Assembly (NCBI GenBank): GCA_019058445.1
Contig: JAHPZA010000006.1
Coordinates: 480,001 to 544,000 of the forward strand
Direction: 5' to 3'
Length of the DNA stretch: 64,000 nucleotides
Source of the DNA: Promethearchaeota archaeon
Lineage (GTDB): Archaea; Asgardarchaeota; Lokiarchaeia; Sigyniarchaeales; SOKP01
Below the pieces are notes generated by a model. That model was not told the origin of the DNA. It was given only the letters and a program-made list of their open reading frames with translations, and did not search any database. Shown piece by piece: positions 21,646 to 31,766 of the stretch (the stretch's first letter is position 1; each line of letters starts with the position of its first letter). The position numbers and the translations under genes were made by a program.

Positions 21646-22827
21646 GTGATAAAGATTACAAATCAAACTGATTTTACTACAAAATATATAATTGAAGCAA
21701 AATTTGCCATAAAAGGTGTAGTTGAGAAGTCAGATATTGTGGGGGCGATTTTTGGACAAACAGAAGGGCTTCTTTTGGATCTTGATTTAAGAGATCTTCA
21801 AAAATCCGGTCGAATTGGAAGGATAGAAGTTGAAAATGAATCAAAAGAAGGAATCTCTGGGGGTGTCATTAAGATTCCCTCCTCTTTAACGAGGAAAGAA
21901 ACCGCGTTATTAGCTGCTACGATTGAAACTGTTTCTCGAGTAGGACCTTGTGAAGCGGAAATCAAATTAATTGAAATAAGCGATGTAAGGGAAACTAAAA
22001 GAAAGCAAATAATTTCTCGAGCTGCAGAATTATTAAAAGAATGGGATACAAAATCATTAGAATCAAGTGAAATAGAAGAAAAGATCGATACAGACATTAA
22101 AATTGGAGAAATAATTACTTGGGGACCAGACAATCTTCCTGCGGGTCCTGAAATAGATGAGAGCAAGGATCTTATTATTGTAGAAGGACGGGCTGATGTG
22201 TTAAATTTATTAAGAATTGGTATTAAAAATACAGTAGCAGTTCAAGGAACTCAGGTGCCAAAATCAATAATCAATTTAATTGAAAAAAAAGCTAGTGTAA
22301 CAGCTTTTTTAGACGGTGACAGAGGTGGAACCATAATTTTAAATGAATTACTTCAAGTTGCAAAACTAGATTACATAGCCCGAGCTCCTGAAGGGTATGA
22401 AGTAGAAGAACTGACACGAAAACAAATGATAAAAGCATTACAAAACAAAAAATCTGTAGCAGAATTGAAAGATTCAGACAAGTCTATAGAAGCAAAAGAA
22501 ATTGAGTCAAAGGTAAAAATGCTAAACAAAATGCTAAAAAAATTTAAAGTTAAAGATACAACTAAAATTGTGGAGGCAATAAATACCATACAAAGTGGTC
22601 AGAGTATAGGCTTTGATAAAAAACTTAATAAAACTTTTGAAATGCCAGTTGGAGAATTATTCGAAAAAATTCGCGATCATAAAGACACCAAATTTTTAGT
22701 TATTGATGGAATTCTTACTAATCGTTTGCTTTCCATTTCAATTAATATGAAAATTCAATTTATTTCCTGTAAAAACAAGGAAGAAAATTTAAAGATACCT
22801 GACCAAATCACAGTTTATTTCTTTTAA
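21646..22827 (+). CDS. dnaG: Archaeal DnaG (TOPRIM, exosome-associated)
   Basis: GVVEKSDIVGAIFGQTEGLL, IIVEGRADVLNL, FLDGDRGG. Confidence 0.95.
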   Translation: MIKITNQTDFTTKYIIEAKFAIKGVVEKSDIVGAIFGQTEGLLLDLDLRDLQKSGRIGRIEVENESKEGISGGVIKIPSSLTRKETALLAATIETVSRVGPCEAEIKLIEISDVRETKRKQIISRAAELLKEWDTKSLESSEIEEKIDTDIKIGEIITWGPDNLPAGPEIDESKDLIIVEGRADVLNLLRIGIKNTVAVQGTQVPKSIINLIEKKASVTAFLDGDRGGTIILNELLQVAKLDYIARAPEGYEVEELTRKQMIKALQNKKSVAELKDSDKSIEAKEIESKVKMLNKMLKKFKVKDTTKIVEAINTIQSGQSIGFDKKLNKTFEMPVGELFEKIRDHKDTKFLVIDGILTNRLLSISINMKIQFISCKNKEENLKIPDQITVYFF

Positions 22828-22842
22828 AAACTGGTATTTTTA

Positions 22843-23262
22843 TTAATTTCTTTTAACTTCAATATTTAAAGAAATTCCATGATTTAACACATGTGTTATT
22901 GGGCAGTATTCTTGAATACTCTGATAACATAAATCAAATTTCTCATTTGGTATGTCTTCTTTTAAATCTATTAAGATTTCGATGTTAATTTGGACTAATC
23001 TTAACCTATCATTAGGATTAATATGTTGAATTTTCCCATTGACAATTATTTTAAGCTTTTCAAATAAAATTTTGTGTTTTTGTAAACAATAAACGAATGT
23101 ATTTCCAATACAACTGCCAGTTCCAATTAAAAAATATTCAATAGGGCTTGGAGCCAAATTAGTACCATAGAAAGATGATGGCTCATCTATATGAATTTCA
23201 GTGAAATGTCGGGCAGATGCGATAAAATGCATTTTTTCTGAATAATTTAAAGTAACTTTCAT
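22843..23262 (-). CDS. OsmC family protein
   Basis: APSPIEYFLIGTGSC and YCPI cysteine motifs. Confidence 0.85.
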   Translation of the reverse strand: MKVTLNYSEKMHFIASARHFTEIHIDEPSSFYGTNLAPSPIEYFLIGTGSCIGNTFVYCLQKHKILFEKLKIIVNGKIQHINPNDRLRLVQINIEILIDLKEDIPNEKFDLCYQSIQEYCPITHVLNHGISLNIEVKRN

Positions 23263-23323
23263 AATATTTCCTCTAATTATGAAAATTTAGAATAAGAGAA
23301 TATTTTATTTTAAAAGAATAAAA

Positions 23324-23569
23324 CTATTGTCCTAGTGGAAGTGCAACGGAGAAAATCAATTGAATTATATATGAAAGAACACCTAAAACTACCAAACCAA
23401 TCCCACATATTTTAAATACTAGCCAATACTCTTTTCGGTCGGGTTTATTTGCTATTTTTAATATACGCTTGGAATTTTTAAGAAAAGCCATAAGGCGCAC
23501 ATATATGCTTTCCTTTTTTTTCTGTTGGTATTTAGAGTACTTCTCGTATTTTGGATATTTAGTTGACAT
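23324..23569 (-). CDS. secE: Protein translocase SecE / Sec61-gamma
   Basis: RILKIANKPDRKEY followed by a single C-terminal TM. Confidence 0.92.
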   Translation of the reverse strand: MSTKYPKYEKYSKYQQKKKESIYVRLMAFLKNSKRILKIANKPDRKEYWLVFKICGIGLVVLGVLSYIIQLIFSVALPLGQ

Positions 23570-23644
23570 GCTAATCTCTTAAATTCATGTTCTTTAAAAA
23601 ATTTAACTATAAAACAGAACTAACAATGGATTTAAAGTCTGGAA

Positions 23645-24556
23645 TTAATCTATGTCTAAAATGTTTGAAATGAATTGATCACGATCAAAAGGTAGCAAAT
23701 CATCGTAATCTTGTCCTACTCCGATAAATATGATAGGTTTACTTGTTTCATGCGAAATTGATAGAGCTGCCCCTCCTTTCGCATCAGCATCAAGCTTTGT
23801 CAAAATATTTGCATCTATTCCGACATGTTTTTTAAATTCTTTTGCTTGAAATAATGCGTCATTTCCAGCAAGACTATCACCAACGAACATTATTAAATCT
23901 GGCTGAGCAACCCTTACTATTTTTTGCATCTCAATCATTAGATTTTTGTCAGTTACTTGTCTGCCAGCGGTATCTATTAGAACAACATTAATGCCTTTTG
24001 CTTTGGCATGTTCTATAGCATCGAAGCATACACTGGCAGGATCAGATTTATATTCATGTTTGATAACTCTAATATTAACATTACTCATATGATATGATAA
24101 TTGTTCAATTGCACCTGCTCTAAATGTATCAGCCGCTGCTGCGACAGAAGTAATTTTATTTTTGTTTAAATAGTGAGCTATTTTTGCCATTGTAGTAGTT
24201 TTGCCTGTTCCATTTACTCCCAAAAAAACAATGACATAAGGTGAATTCTCTGCATTTTTCTTTTTAATCTCTGTTAGTAAATTAATCTCTTTATCTGGTG
24301 TTAATATATCAGTAATAATTTCTTCTAGCGTATCAAATAATATATTTTTAGTTGATGATAATCTCCCTATTTGTTCTCCTTTAAATGAATTAATTAAATT
24401 TTGACAAATCTCATCTGCTGTATCCATCGCTACATCATTACTTAAAAGAAGAAGCTTTAAATCTTGGATAGAATCCTCTAATTTCTTCTCAGTTAATGTT
24501 TTATTGATAAAATTAGAGAAAGCAGATTTTAGCTTATCTAACATTTGTTTATTCAC
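23645..24556 (-). CDS. ftsY: SRP receptor FtsY
   Basis: GVNGTGKTTT, DTFRAGA, DTAGR, TKLDADAKGG. Confidence 0.97.
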   Translation of the reverse strand: MNKQMLDKLKSAFSNFINKTLTEKKLEDSIQDLKLLLLSNDVAMDTADEICQNLINSFKGEQIGRLSSTKNILFDTLEEIITDILTPDKEINLLTEIKKKNAENSPYVIVFLGVNGTGKTTTMAKIAHYLNKNKITSVAAAADTFRAGAIEQLSYHMSNVNIRVIKHEYKSDPASVCFDAIEHAKAKGINVVLIDTAGRQVTDKNLMIEMQKIVRVAQPDLIMFVGDSLAGNDALFQAKEFKKHVGIDANILTKLDADAKGGAALSISHETSKPIIFIGVGQDYDDLLPFDRDQFISNILDID

Positions 24557-24613
24557 AGAAAGCGAAATAATTTAATATTGAATTTATAAAATTGGACCAT
24601 TATATAGAAGGTT

Positions 24614-25027
24614 TTATTGTGTTGGCATATTTCTTTGAAATTGTTGTGACATCGATTGAAGATTAACATCTAAGTTTTGGATTTGGGTTCTTAAGAAATT
24701 AATTTGTTCATTGTGTTGGGTGATAATTTTATCAAGAAATTCCATAGAACTGTCTAAATCTTTTTCAATTGCTGTATCCTGGTTTATATATAAGATTATT
24801 TTTTGAGGATCTTTTATCCTTGCTTTTACATTAGCTAAACCTCCAATAGGAACTAAGATTTCCTCGTTTTCTTCAACAGTTTTTAAATTCTCTAATGTAT
24901 TTTTAGTATTCATAATATTTCCTAAAGATGCATTTAAAAGATCCAATTGACCTACGAACATATCGCGTTGGTCTTTTAAATATTTAAATCTATATACTAA
25001 TTCTTGTGCATTTTGATTAGTTTCCAT
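24614..25027 (-). CDS. pfdA: Prefoldin subunit alpha
   Basis: EILVPIGG beta-hairpin flanked by coiled coils; operon context. Confidence 0.9.
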   Translation of the reverse strand: METNQNAQELVYRFKYLKDQRDMFVGQLDLLNASLGNIMNTKNTLENLKTVEENEEILVPIGGLANVKARIKDPQKIILYINQDTAIEKDLDSSMEFLDKIITQHNEQINFLRTQIQNLDVNLQSMSQQFQRNMPTQ

Positions 25028-25052
25028 AATTCTTTTCCTACATATGTTTATT

Positions 25053-25283
25053 TTATAGAGATAAATCTCTTATTAGATAATCTTGACATTCCTCACTAGA
25101 AATTTCTTTAATTTCTTGGATTTTTATTTGTCGCCTAAGAAGTCCGATGCTAGTGATCTGAGATAATGCTTTTTCTAATGCATCTTCTTGTTTTAATGCA
25201 CGAATTTCTTTTCGAAATAAATATTTCTTATGGTTTTTCATGTATGTACCTTGAATCCGAAATATTTTAATCTCCGATGACAT
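25053..25283 (-). CDS. rpl18a: 50S ribosomal protein L18Ae/LX (eL20)
   Basis: KIFRIQG...FRKEIRALK..DALEK...RRQIKI; operon context. Confidence 0.9.
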   Translation of the reverse strand: MSSEIKIFRIQGTYMKNHKKYLFRKEIRALKQEDALEKALSQITSIGLLRRQIKIQEIKEISSEECQDYLIRDLSL

Positions 25284-25435
25284 TTTTTTTCAAATCAAGT
25301 AATTCTAAGGTTATAAAAATAGTAATTGTTCAACTAAATTTTGCATTTTAAATTAATTTTTCCATTTTATTTTAACAAAAAGTAGAGTTTTAACCTTTCA
25401 TTAAACTAGTATCGATTTTAGTGTGTATTTGAAAA

Positions 25436-26107
25436 TCATAACCTCAAAACATTGGTGAGCCTCATCATTTCTGGTCCTGTACTTGCTTCTCCAAAAACTC
25501 CACTAGTATCATTCACAATTGCTCCAGCACTTAAATAAGGAATACCTCGATTAATGGTGGATACATCGGTCTCATCAACATTTAAAATTGATGTAATTTG
25601 CTCAATTTCATCCTCAGTAGTAAGAGGGTGTACCACACATCCATTATTATTTGCTAGTGCAATAGAACCTGGAAGATAGGAATCAGCAAATTCATATACT
25701 GAAACCTCAACATTTAAAATGTCCTCTATCTTTTTTAATTCGTTTTTTAACAGTGAGCTTATAATCGCTCCTTTATCATTGCAAAGAATTAAATTTCCAA
25801 AAGCATTGTCAATTGATTTAAGAACACCTACTCTTACTGGATCACCTAAATATGTCTTTAATTTATCTAACTCCTCATCTTTCATTATACTAGGGACAAT
25901 AATTCCATATTTATTCGATGCGGTGTAAACTCCTATGAGATTTGAATTATTTATCGTTATGGGATATAAAGGTTCATTAAACACTGATTTTAGTTTGTTT
26001 AGTAAAGGTTTGAGAATTAATCTTGGATATAAAATAAAGGAATTATTTGCAGCTAAGTAAATCCCTATTAAACTTCCACCAAAAATTTGAGATTTTAAAA
26101 TAGTCAA
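25436..26107 (-). CDS. eif6: Translation initiation factor 6
   Basis: FGNLILCND, GCVVHP, STINRG, STGPEM motifs. Confidence 0.95.
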   Translation of the reverse strand: MTILKSQIFGGSLIGIYLAANNSFILYPRLILKPLLNKLKSVFNEPLYPITINNSNLIGVYTASNKYGIIVPSIMKDEELDKLKTYLGDPVRVGVLKSIDNAFGNLILCNDKGAIISSLLKNELKKIEDILNVEVSVYEFADSYLPGSIALANNNGCVVHPLTTEDEIEQITSILNVDETDVSTINRGIPYLSAGAIVNDTSGVFGEASTGPEMMRLTNVLRL

Positions 26108-26176
26108 TGATTAAAATTTCACCAAAAGTGCCTTTAAAGTTTGAAATTGTCCTCCAAAAAACATTAAAATAAATAA

Positions 26177-26653
26177 TTATGCTAAATAGATAACTACTAA
26201 GCCGTCAATGTTTTTAGTAGCTCTTACTTTTAATTTTCTTGGAGGTTTTTTGATCCCCTTCTCCCAGATTTTTTCATTTACTTCTTGGGAAATGATTAAA
26301 GATTCAGGTTTAAAGTGGCGCTCCATATATTCTCTGAGAAATCTAATCGACTTTTTAGCCCATTTATTTCGAGGCCCTTTTCTTGCTTTTCCTAAAGGAA
26401 TAATATAAATACGCTCATCAATAATTTCCTCTGTAGGAGCTTCTTCGACTTCAGCTTCTTCAATTTCTTCAACTTCCTCTTCGAAAATTTCGCTAATTTC
26501 TTCTTCTTCAGAGATCTCATCTAAGCTAAACTCTTCGATTTCTTCAATCTCTTCTTCAACTTGCTCTTCTACTTCACTTTCTTGTTCTTCGACTCCTTCT
26601 AACTCCGATTCTAAATCGTCTAAACTAATTTCTTTACTTTTTTTTTTTGCCAT
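26177..26653 (-). CDS. rpl31e: 50S ribosomal protein L31e with acidic N-terminal extension
   Basis: ERIYIIPL...VNEKIWEKGIKKPPRKLKVR core preceded by about 75 Glu-rich residues. Confidence 0.93.
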   Translation of the reverse strand: MAKKKSKEISLDDLESELEGVEEQESEVEEQVEEEIEEIEEFSLDEISEEEEISEIFEEEVEEIEEAEVEEAPTEEIIDERIYIIPLGKARKGPRNKWAKKSIRFLREYMERHFKPESLIISQEVNEKIWEKGIKKPPRKLKVRATKNIDGLVVIYLA

Positions 26654-26689
26654 TAACTATCAATTCAGTATAATTTTTATAAATAGATA

Positions 26690-26851
26690 TTAATCTCTTT
26701 TTAAACGCCTGTTCCTCCATTCTCGTCGAGTATAAGGGCTTTCTCTCACCTTTCCCCCGGTTCTCAAGATAATCCAGCTTGGAATTGATTTACTTTGGTT
26801 GAACTTTTTAGCCCTTCTTAATTTTGAAGGAAGATCTTTATTTCTAGCCAT
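26690..26851 (-). CDS. rpl39e: 50S ribosomal protein L39e (not in ORF track)
   Basis: Translates MARNKDLPSKLRRAKKFNQSKSIPSWIILRTGGKVRESPYTRREWRNRRLKRD (53 aa); canonical operon position. Confidence 0.93.
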   Translation of the reverse strand: MARNKDLPSKLRRAKKFNQSKSIPSWIILRTGGKVRESPYTRREWRNRRLKRD

Positions 26852-26877
26852 ATTTTCTCATCTTTTGTATAAATACT

Positions 26878-27210
26878 TCAAAAATTTTTGATTTTAAACT
26901 CCTTTTTATTACCAGCTATTTGTTCCAACAGCTTTTTAAATGCCGCATCCGATAATTGCCCTCTTAATCGCCCTGATTGAGCTAATTGGATTAATTGTAT
27001 TTCGATTTGTTCAGCAAACTGGGGTTTAACCATTCGAATATTTTCTAATCTCTGACGACCTTCTTGCGAAAGAATCTTCCGCATTATTTGATATTTTTGA
27101 GCTTCAAATTCTTTTTGTTGTGCTTCTGCTATTCCTTGCTGTGCAGCCTGTTGTTGCAATTGTGCAAGTTTTCTTTTTCTTAACTCTTCTAATTCTTCTT
27201 CATCACTCAA
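26878..27210 (-). CDS. PDCD5-family DNA-binding protein
   Basis: EELEELRKRKL...ILSQEGRQRLENIRMVKP. Confidence 0.92.
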   Translation of the reverse strand: MSDEEELEELRKRKLAQLQQQAAQQGIAEAQQKEFEAQKYQIMRKILSQEGRQRLENIRMVKPQFAEQIEIQLIQLAQSGRLRGQLSDAAFKKLLEQIAGNKKEFKIKNF

Positions 27211-27249
27211 AATTAATCACATCAGAGGTTTTTTTCAAATAATTACATT

Positions 27250-27669
27250 TTATTTTCTTAAAATTGAATACGCTGTCCGTTCCAAAAAACTTTTTCCCTC
27301 AGAAGTGAGCTTCCTCCCTTCTTTCTCAGTTTTTGTAATTAATTTAGCATTTTCTAATTGTTGTAATGCAACTCTGACAATTTTTCCACTTCCTTTTGCG
27401 CTATGATTTAATCCAGAACCTCTTCGATTTCTTCCCCCATAAAACTTCCGTAATCGATTCACACCAATCGGAGCAAACTTATTTACTTTTCTTAACAATG
27501 AAGCACATCTTATATACCAAAAATTTTCAGAATCGAGGGGTGCTAATTCTTTAAAAAATGCGGTCTTCCAAAACTCACTTCCTTGAGGAGGTTTTATTTC
27601 AGGATATTCTTTTAACTTTTCGGCCACTGTTTTAATTAAGGTTCCAGGTTCAACGACATATATCGACAT
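27250..27669 (-). CDS. rps19e: 30S ribosomal protein S19e
   Basis: KELAP...WYIRCASLLRK...YGGR...LQQLE. Confidence 0.96.
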   Translation of the reverse strand: MSIYVVEPGTLIKTVAEKLKEYPEIKPPQGSEFWKTAFFKELAPLDSENFWYIRCASLLRKVNKFAPIGVNRLRKFYGGRNRRGSGLNHSAKGSGKIVRVALQQLENAKLITKTEKEGRKLTSEGKSFLERTAYSILRK

Positions 27670-27790
27670 GCTAATATCTTTAATTCAATAGTTCTTTAAT
27701 TTAATTATTATATTGAAATAATATGAAACAATACTTTTAATTTTAAAAGTAAGGATAAATTAAAAATTTTGGTATTTTACTATTCTAGAT

Positions 27791-28063
27791 ATGGTTTATC
27801 AAAAAAAATTTAAGGAAGTATTGCTATCGCAGCCTCATTGTACATTAGGGAAGCGAGGAATTACAGACGAGTTCATAACTCACGTAAATCAGTTATTAAA
27901 GAAATATAAAATTGTAAAAATTAAAGCATTAAAATCTATTGCTAATAAAAATAATATAAGGGATATTGCAAGCGAGATCTCAAATTTAACGAATTCACAT
28001 CTATTAGATGTAAGAGGAAAAATATTTATTATTTCTAAAAATCCTATTAAGAGACAAAATTAA
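27791..28063 (+). CDS. YhbY/CRM RNA-binding protein
   Basis: LGKRGIT...IVKIK...DVRGK. Confidence 0.85.
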   Translation: MVYQKKFKEVLLSQPHCTLGKRGITDEFITHVNQLLKKYKIVKIKALKSIANKNNIRDIASEISNLTNSHLLDVRGKIFIISKNPIKRQN

Positions 28064-28067
28064 AAAA

Positions 28068-28388
28068 ATGGCCCCTAAAAATATCATTAAAAGTATTGCT
28101 CAATCTCGTATGAAATTTTTACTGGAAAGGGCTCATGAAATTTTTCCCGAGAATAAAGAATTAGCAAATAGGTATGTATTTTTAGCAAGAAGATATGCTC
28201 AAAGAGCAAAAATTCAAATTCCTCCAATGTGGAAAAAAAGAATATGTCATAAATGCAAGAAATTTCTTTATCCTGGTATTAATTGTCAAATAAGAATGCA
28301 ATCTCGAAAAGGGAAAGGATCGCATGTTTCTATAACTTGTTTCGAGTGCAATAAAATAACCCGATATTATATCAAGACAAAATCTTAG
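28068..28388 (+). CDS. rnp4: RNase P protein Rpp21
   Basis: IA..RM, RYV.LA, KRICHKC...L.PG...CFEC Zn ribbon. Confidence 0.93.
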   Translation: MAPKNIIKSIAQSRMKFLLERAHEIFPENKELANRYVFLARRYAQRAKIQIPPMWKKRICHKCKKFLYPGINCQIRMQSRKGKGSHVSITCFECNKITRYYIKTKS

Positions 28389-28403
28389 CAACAGTGATAA
28401 ATA

Positions 28404-29078
28404 ATGCCTCTAATATTGATTTTAGTTGATTGTGGTTTAGAGTTGATTCCAAACCAAATTAGAAATCATCCCGCTATAAAAAAGAATATAAATAATAAAT
28501 TATATTCTTCTCAACTTTTAGATAATGCGATTCATCATTCTGCGATGAAAAAACTAAAAAATTTTGAAAAGAGAGGACGACCAGATATAGCTCATTTATG
28601 CATACTTAATGCTCTAGGCTCTCCTTTAAATAAAAGTGGTAATCTTAATTTATTCATTCATACTGCGAATAATAAAATTTTTAATATTAAGCCTGAAATT
28701 AGAATGAATAGGAATTTTAATAGGTTTAAAGGATTAATGGCAAAATTGTTAATAGATGGACAAATTAAATTAAAGGCCAACTCATCTATAATCCCGTTTC
28801 ACGGCAATTTGAAAGATCTTACAAATAATTTTAGAGGGGCTGAGATCCAATTGTTTTCAAGCAAGGGCAAGTTAGTAAAAGATTATCGAAATTTATTTTC
28901 CCCTGATATATCTAAAAACTACATTGTAATTATCGGAGGTTTTCAGAAAGGTCCTTTTTCAAATGAAGTTCTAAAATTATCGAATAATATGATTTCCATA
29001 TCTAAGAATTCATTACATGCTAATATAGTAGTAAGCAGAATTATTACTTTTTACGAATTAATTCAAAAAATAATTTAA
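28404..29078 (+). CDS. nep1: rRNA pseudouridine N1-methyltransferase Nep1/Emg1
   Basis: RGRPDIAH, SPLNK, RFKGLM, IIGGFQKG. Confidence 0.93.
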   Translation: MPLILILVDCGLELIPNQIRNHPAIKKNINNKLYSSQLLDNAIHHSAMKKLKNFEKRGRPDIAHLCILNALGSPLNKSGNLNLFIHTANNKIFNIKPEIRMNRNFNRFKGLMAKLLIDGQIKLKANSSIIPFHGNLKDLTNNFRGAEIQLFSSKGKLVKDYRNLFSPDISKNYIVIIGGFQKGPFSNEVLKLSNNMISISKNSLHANIVVSRIITFYELIQKII

Positions 29079-29133
29079 AAAAAGTTAAAAGAAATCAATG
29101 ACTTGAATAATCACTGATTTTAAAAATATAAAA

Positions 29134-29235
29134 GCGCTCTTAGTATAGTGGTTAGAATCTCGGGTTTCCAACCCGAGGACCCGGGAGAGTTCTCCAAATC
29201 GGAGTTATCCGGGACTTCAATTCCCGGAGGGCGCA
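29134..29235 (+). tRNA. tRNA-Gly(TCC) with 30-nt intron at position 53/54 (29186-29215)
   Basis: Acceptor GCGCTCT/AGGGCGC; anticodon arm TCGGG-TTTCCAA-CCCGA; T-arm CCGGG-TTCAATT-CCCGG after splicing; BHB with CCCG/CGGG helix and GGA/ACT bulges. Confidence 0.93.
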
Positions 29236-29518
29236 TTTTTATATATAGTAAAATTTTTTGAAGATTCATTTTTTTAAACAATTTATTAATATTTGCAAAC
29301 AAAAAAGTATAAATAGTAATTCTTTCATATTTTTTCCAGAAAAAAACTCTCTAATAAATAAAGCTTCATCAACCATTATTGCTTTCATCCAACTTTTAGA
29401 GTTTTTTTTTCTTCACCTTATCTTTATCAATCAATAATGTGTTTGAATTTTGAAATAACTATATATTTTATAATGAAAAAGAATTAAGTTCATGAAATTT
29501 TTATAAATATGAAAAAAA

Positions 29519-29572
29519 GCCCGTGCATTTTGCTTTCATCCTAAAAACCAACTTTTCACACGGGCGTTTTTT
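29519..29572. terminator. GC-stem hairpin flanked by A7/T6 (possible bidirectional terminator or ncRNA element)
   Basis: GCCCGTG (29519-29525) / CACGGGC (29559-29565) inverted repeat. Confidence 0.35.
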
Positions 29573-29693
29573 CACCTAAAATTAATACTAATTACTTTTA
29601 TTGATTAAAAATAAAAAATTAGATTACCCTTAGTGATTATATTCAATAAAACACAAATTTTTTTATCAAATTTAATATAATCCTCATTAAATA

Positions 29694-30830
29694 ATGGTAA
29701 AATACGTAGAAAAAGAATTTAAAACCGCAATTAACAAGTTAAAATTTCCGGATTCGTGGTTTTGGGCACGATACACTATAAATCCTTATTCTGGCTGTGA
29801 ACACGCGTGTATTTATTGTGATGCTAGAAGCCAGCGCTATTATTTAGACGATTTTGAAAATGAAGTGATAATTAAGACTAATATCGATAAGAAACTAGAG
29901 CTTAGGATTAAACGGGCAAAGAAACTATTGCCTGATGTAGTGGGAGCAGGAGGTGTAAATGATGCATACCAATCGTGTGAAAAAAAGGTCGGTAATACCC
30001 GTAAAATATTACAAGTTTTATCGAAATATCAATATCCTGTCAATATTGCTACGAAATCAAATTTAATTATGAGAGATATTGATCTTTTTGAAAAAATCGC
30101 GAAAAAAACATGGTGCACTATAGGATTCTCTATTACTACAATTGATGAGGATATGGCCCAATTTTTAGAACCTTTCTCTTCGAGCCCTATTGAGCGATTG
30201 GAGGCGCTAAAAACTATTAAAAGTGAAGCCCCTAACGTTCAAGTAGGCACTTATTTCATGCCAATTATTCCTTTTTTGGAAGATAGTGAGGAAAATTTGA
30301 AAGAAGTAATTAAAAAGTCTAAGAATGCAGGAGCCGATTTCATCCTTTTCTCTCCAGGATTGACGCTGAGAGATGTACAAGCACAATATTTCATTAACAA
30401 ACTTAAGGATAGTAAATACAAAAATATAGTTAAACCTTTATTACATCTGTATAAGGGTCAAACTTATCCTCCCGCTGATTATGCTCGAAAAATTCACAAA
30501 ATTTTATCAAGTTATTGTGATAATTATAAAATACCTATTAGGATAAAAAGATGGATCCCCTCGGATTATCGGAAATGGAATTACAAAATTTCAGAAGTTT
30601 TATTAAATGAAGAGTATATCGACAGAGTTAACTTCGGTAAATCTAATAAAAATTTAATGTGGGCAGGTTTAAATATAAATAACTTGGAAGAATCAATTTT
30701 AGAGGTCTATAAAAGAGGAGATCTATTGAAATTAAAGAATTTTAATATGAATATCGTGAAATTCATTAAACCATTTTTAGATAGAAGTAAAAATTTAGAA
30801 CTAAAAACAGGATTGGATAAGTTTCTATGA
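29694..30830 (+). CDS. Radical SAM protein, SplB/Rv2578c-like
   Basis: INPYSGCEHACIYCDAR motif; DAYQ..E; IATKS. Confidence 0.88.
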   Translation: MVKYVEKEFKTAINKLKFPDSWFWARYTINPYSGCEHACIYCDARSQRYYLDDFENEVIIKTNIDKKLELRIKRAKKLLPDVVGAGGVNDAYQSCEKKVGNTRKILQVLSKYQYPVNIATKSNLIMRDIDLFEKIAKKTWCTIGFSITTIDEDMAQFLEPFSSSPIERLEALKTIKSEAPNVQVGTYFMPIIPFLEDSEENLKEVIKKSKNAGADFILFSPGLTLRDVQAQYFINKLKDSKYKNIVKPLLHLYKGQTYPPADYARKIHKILSSYCDNYKIPIRIKRWIPSDYRKWNYKISEVLLNEEYIDRVNFGKSNKNLMWAGLNINNLEESILEVYKRGDLLKLKNFNMNIVKFIKPFLDRSKNLELKTGLDKFL

Positions 30831-30920
30831 TTAGGAAAATAATAAGTGAAATTAAATCTAAATTAGAAGAAAATAAACACATTTACGTAAAGATAAGAGA
30901 ATAAAAATATTAAAATCGGA

Positions 30921-31766
30921 GTGATTATGTCTAAAACCAAAGTTTATGTGATAAAGCGACAACCTAAAGAAACAAATCAAGAGGTTGTGCTTAGAACACT
31001 TAAAATGATATCAGTAAAGAACTATATTACTAATTCTGAGAATTCAATATTAATTAATCCAAACTGGGTGACTTCAGATCACTCGAGTACAGGCAATGTG
31101 ACATCGACCGATACTCTTGAAGGGATCGTCGTGTATTTAATTGAAGAGGCAAAAATAGTGCCGGAAAAAGTGATAGTAGCTGATGGGGGAAGTTATTCAA
31201 CTGATAAAACTATGAAAATAAACAACGTGTTCAAATTAGAACAATATGGCGTAAAAGTCGACAATTTAAACGATGATAAAATGATAAATGATATAAAAAT
31301 TCCTAATCATTTTGCCTTAAATTCCGTGAATATTGCTAAAACAGCTATGGATGCGTCCTGCATTATTTCTGTACCCTCTTTAAAAACCCATAATATGGCA
31401 AGAACCACACTCTCCATTAAAAATATGATGGGCACTATTTCACCGAAAGGAATTATGCATTCCAATCTTCATCAGAAAATTGCAGATTTAATATCAATTC
31501 TTCGTTCAAAAATGAAATTTCAACTAATTGATGGAATTATTGGCTCAAGAGGTTCAGAATTAGGCGGGAAACCCGTACAAATGGATTTAATTATTGCAGG
31601 AGTAGATCCGGTAGCTGTTGACAGAGTTGGAAGTGAAATTATTGGGTATAGTATAGAGAAAGTAAAATATCTCAAATTTTGTGAAAAAAAAGGGTTAGGG
31701 ACAGCAAATTTAGAGCATATTGAAGTAATTGGAAATTCCATTGAAGAGGTTTTTCATAAATTCTAA
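30921..31766 (+). CDS. DUF362 family protein
   Basis: ILINPNWV, LKTH...TLSIKNMMG, IDGI, DPVAVD. Confidence 0.85.
   Translation: MIMSKTKVYVIKRQPKETNQEVVLRTLKMISVKNYITNSENSILINPNWVTSDHSSTGNVTSTDTLEGIVVYLIEEAKIVPEKVIVADGGSYSTDKTMKINNVFKLEQYGVKVDNLNDDKMINDIKIPNHFALNSVNIAKTAMDASCIISVPSLKTHNMARTTLSIKNMMGTISPKGIMHSNLHQKIADLISILRSKMKFQLIDGIIGSRGSELGGKPVQMDLIIAGVDPVAVDRVGSEIIGYSIEKVKYLKFCEKKGLGTANLEHIEVIGNSIEEVFHKF

Noticed and set aside
29120-29302. 60-aa minus-strand ORF
   Set aside because: Antisense to the intron-containing tRNA-Gly.
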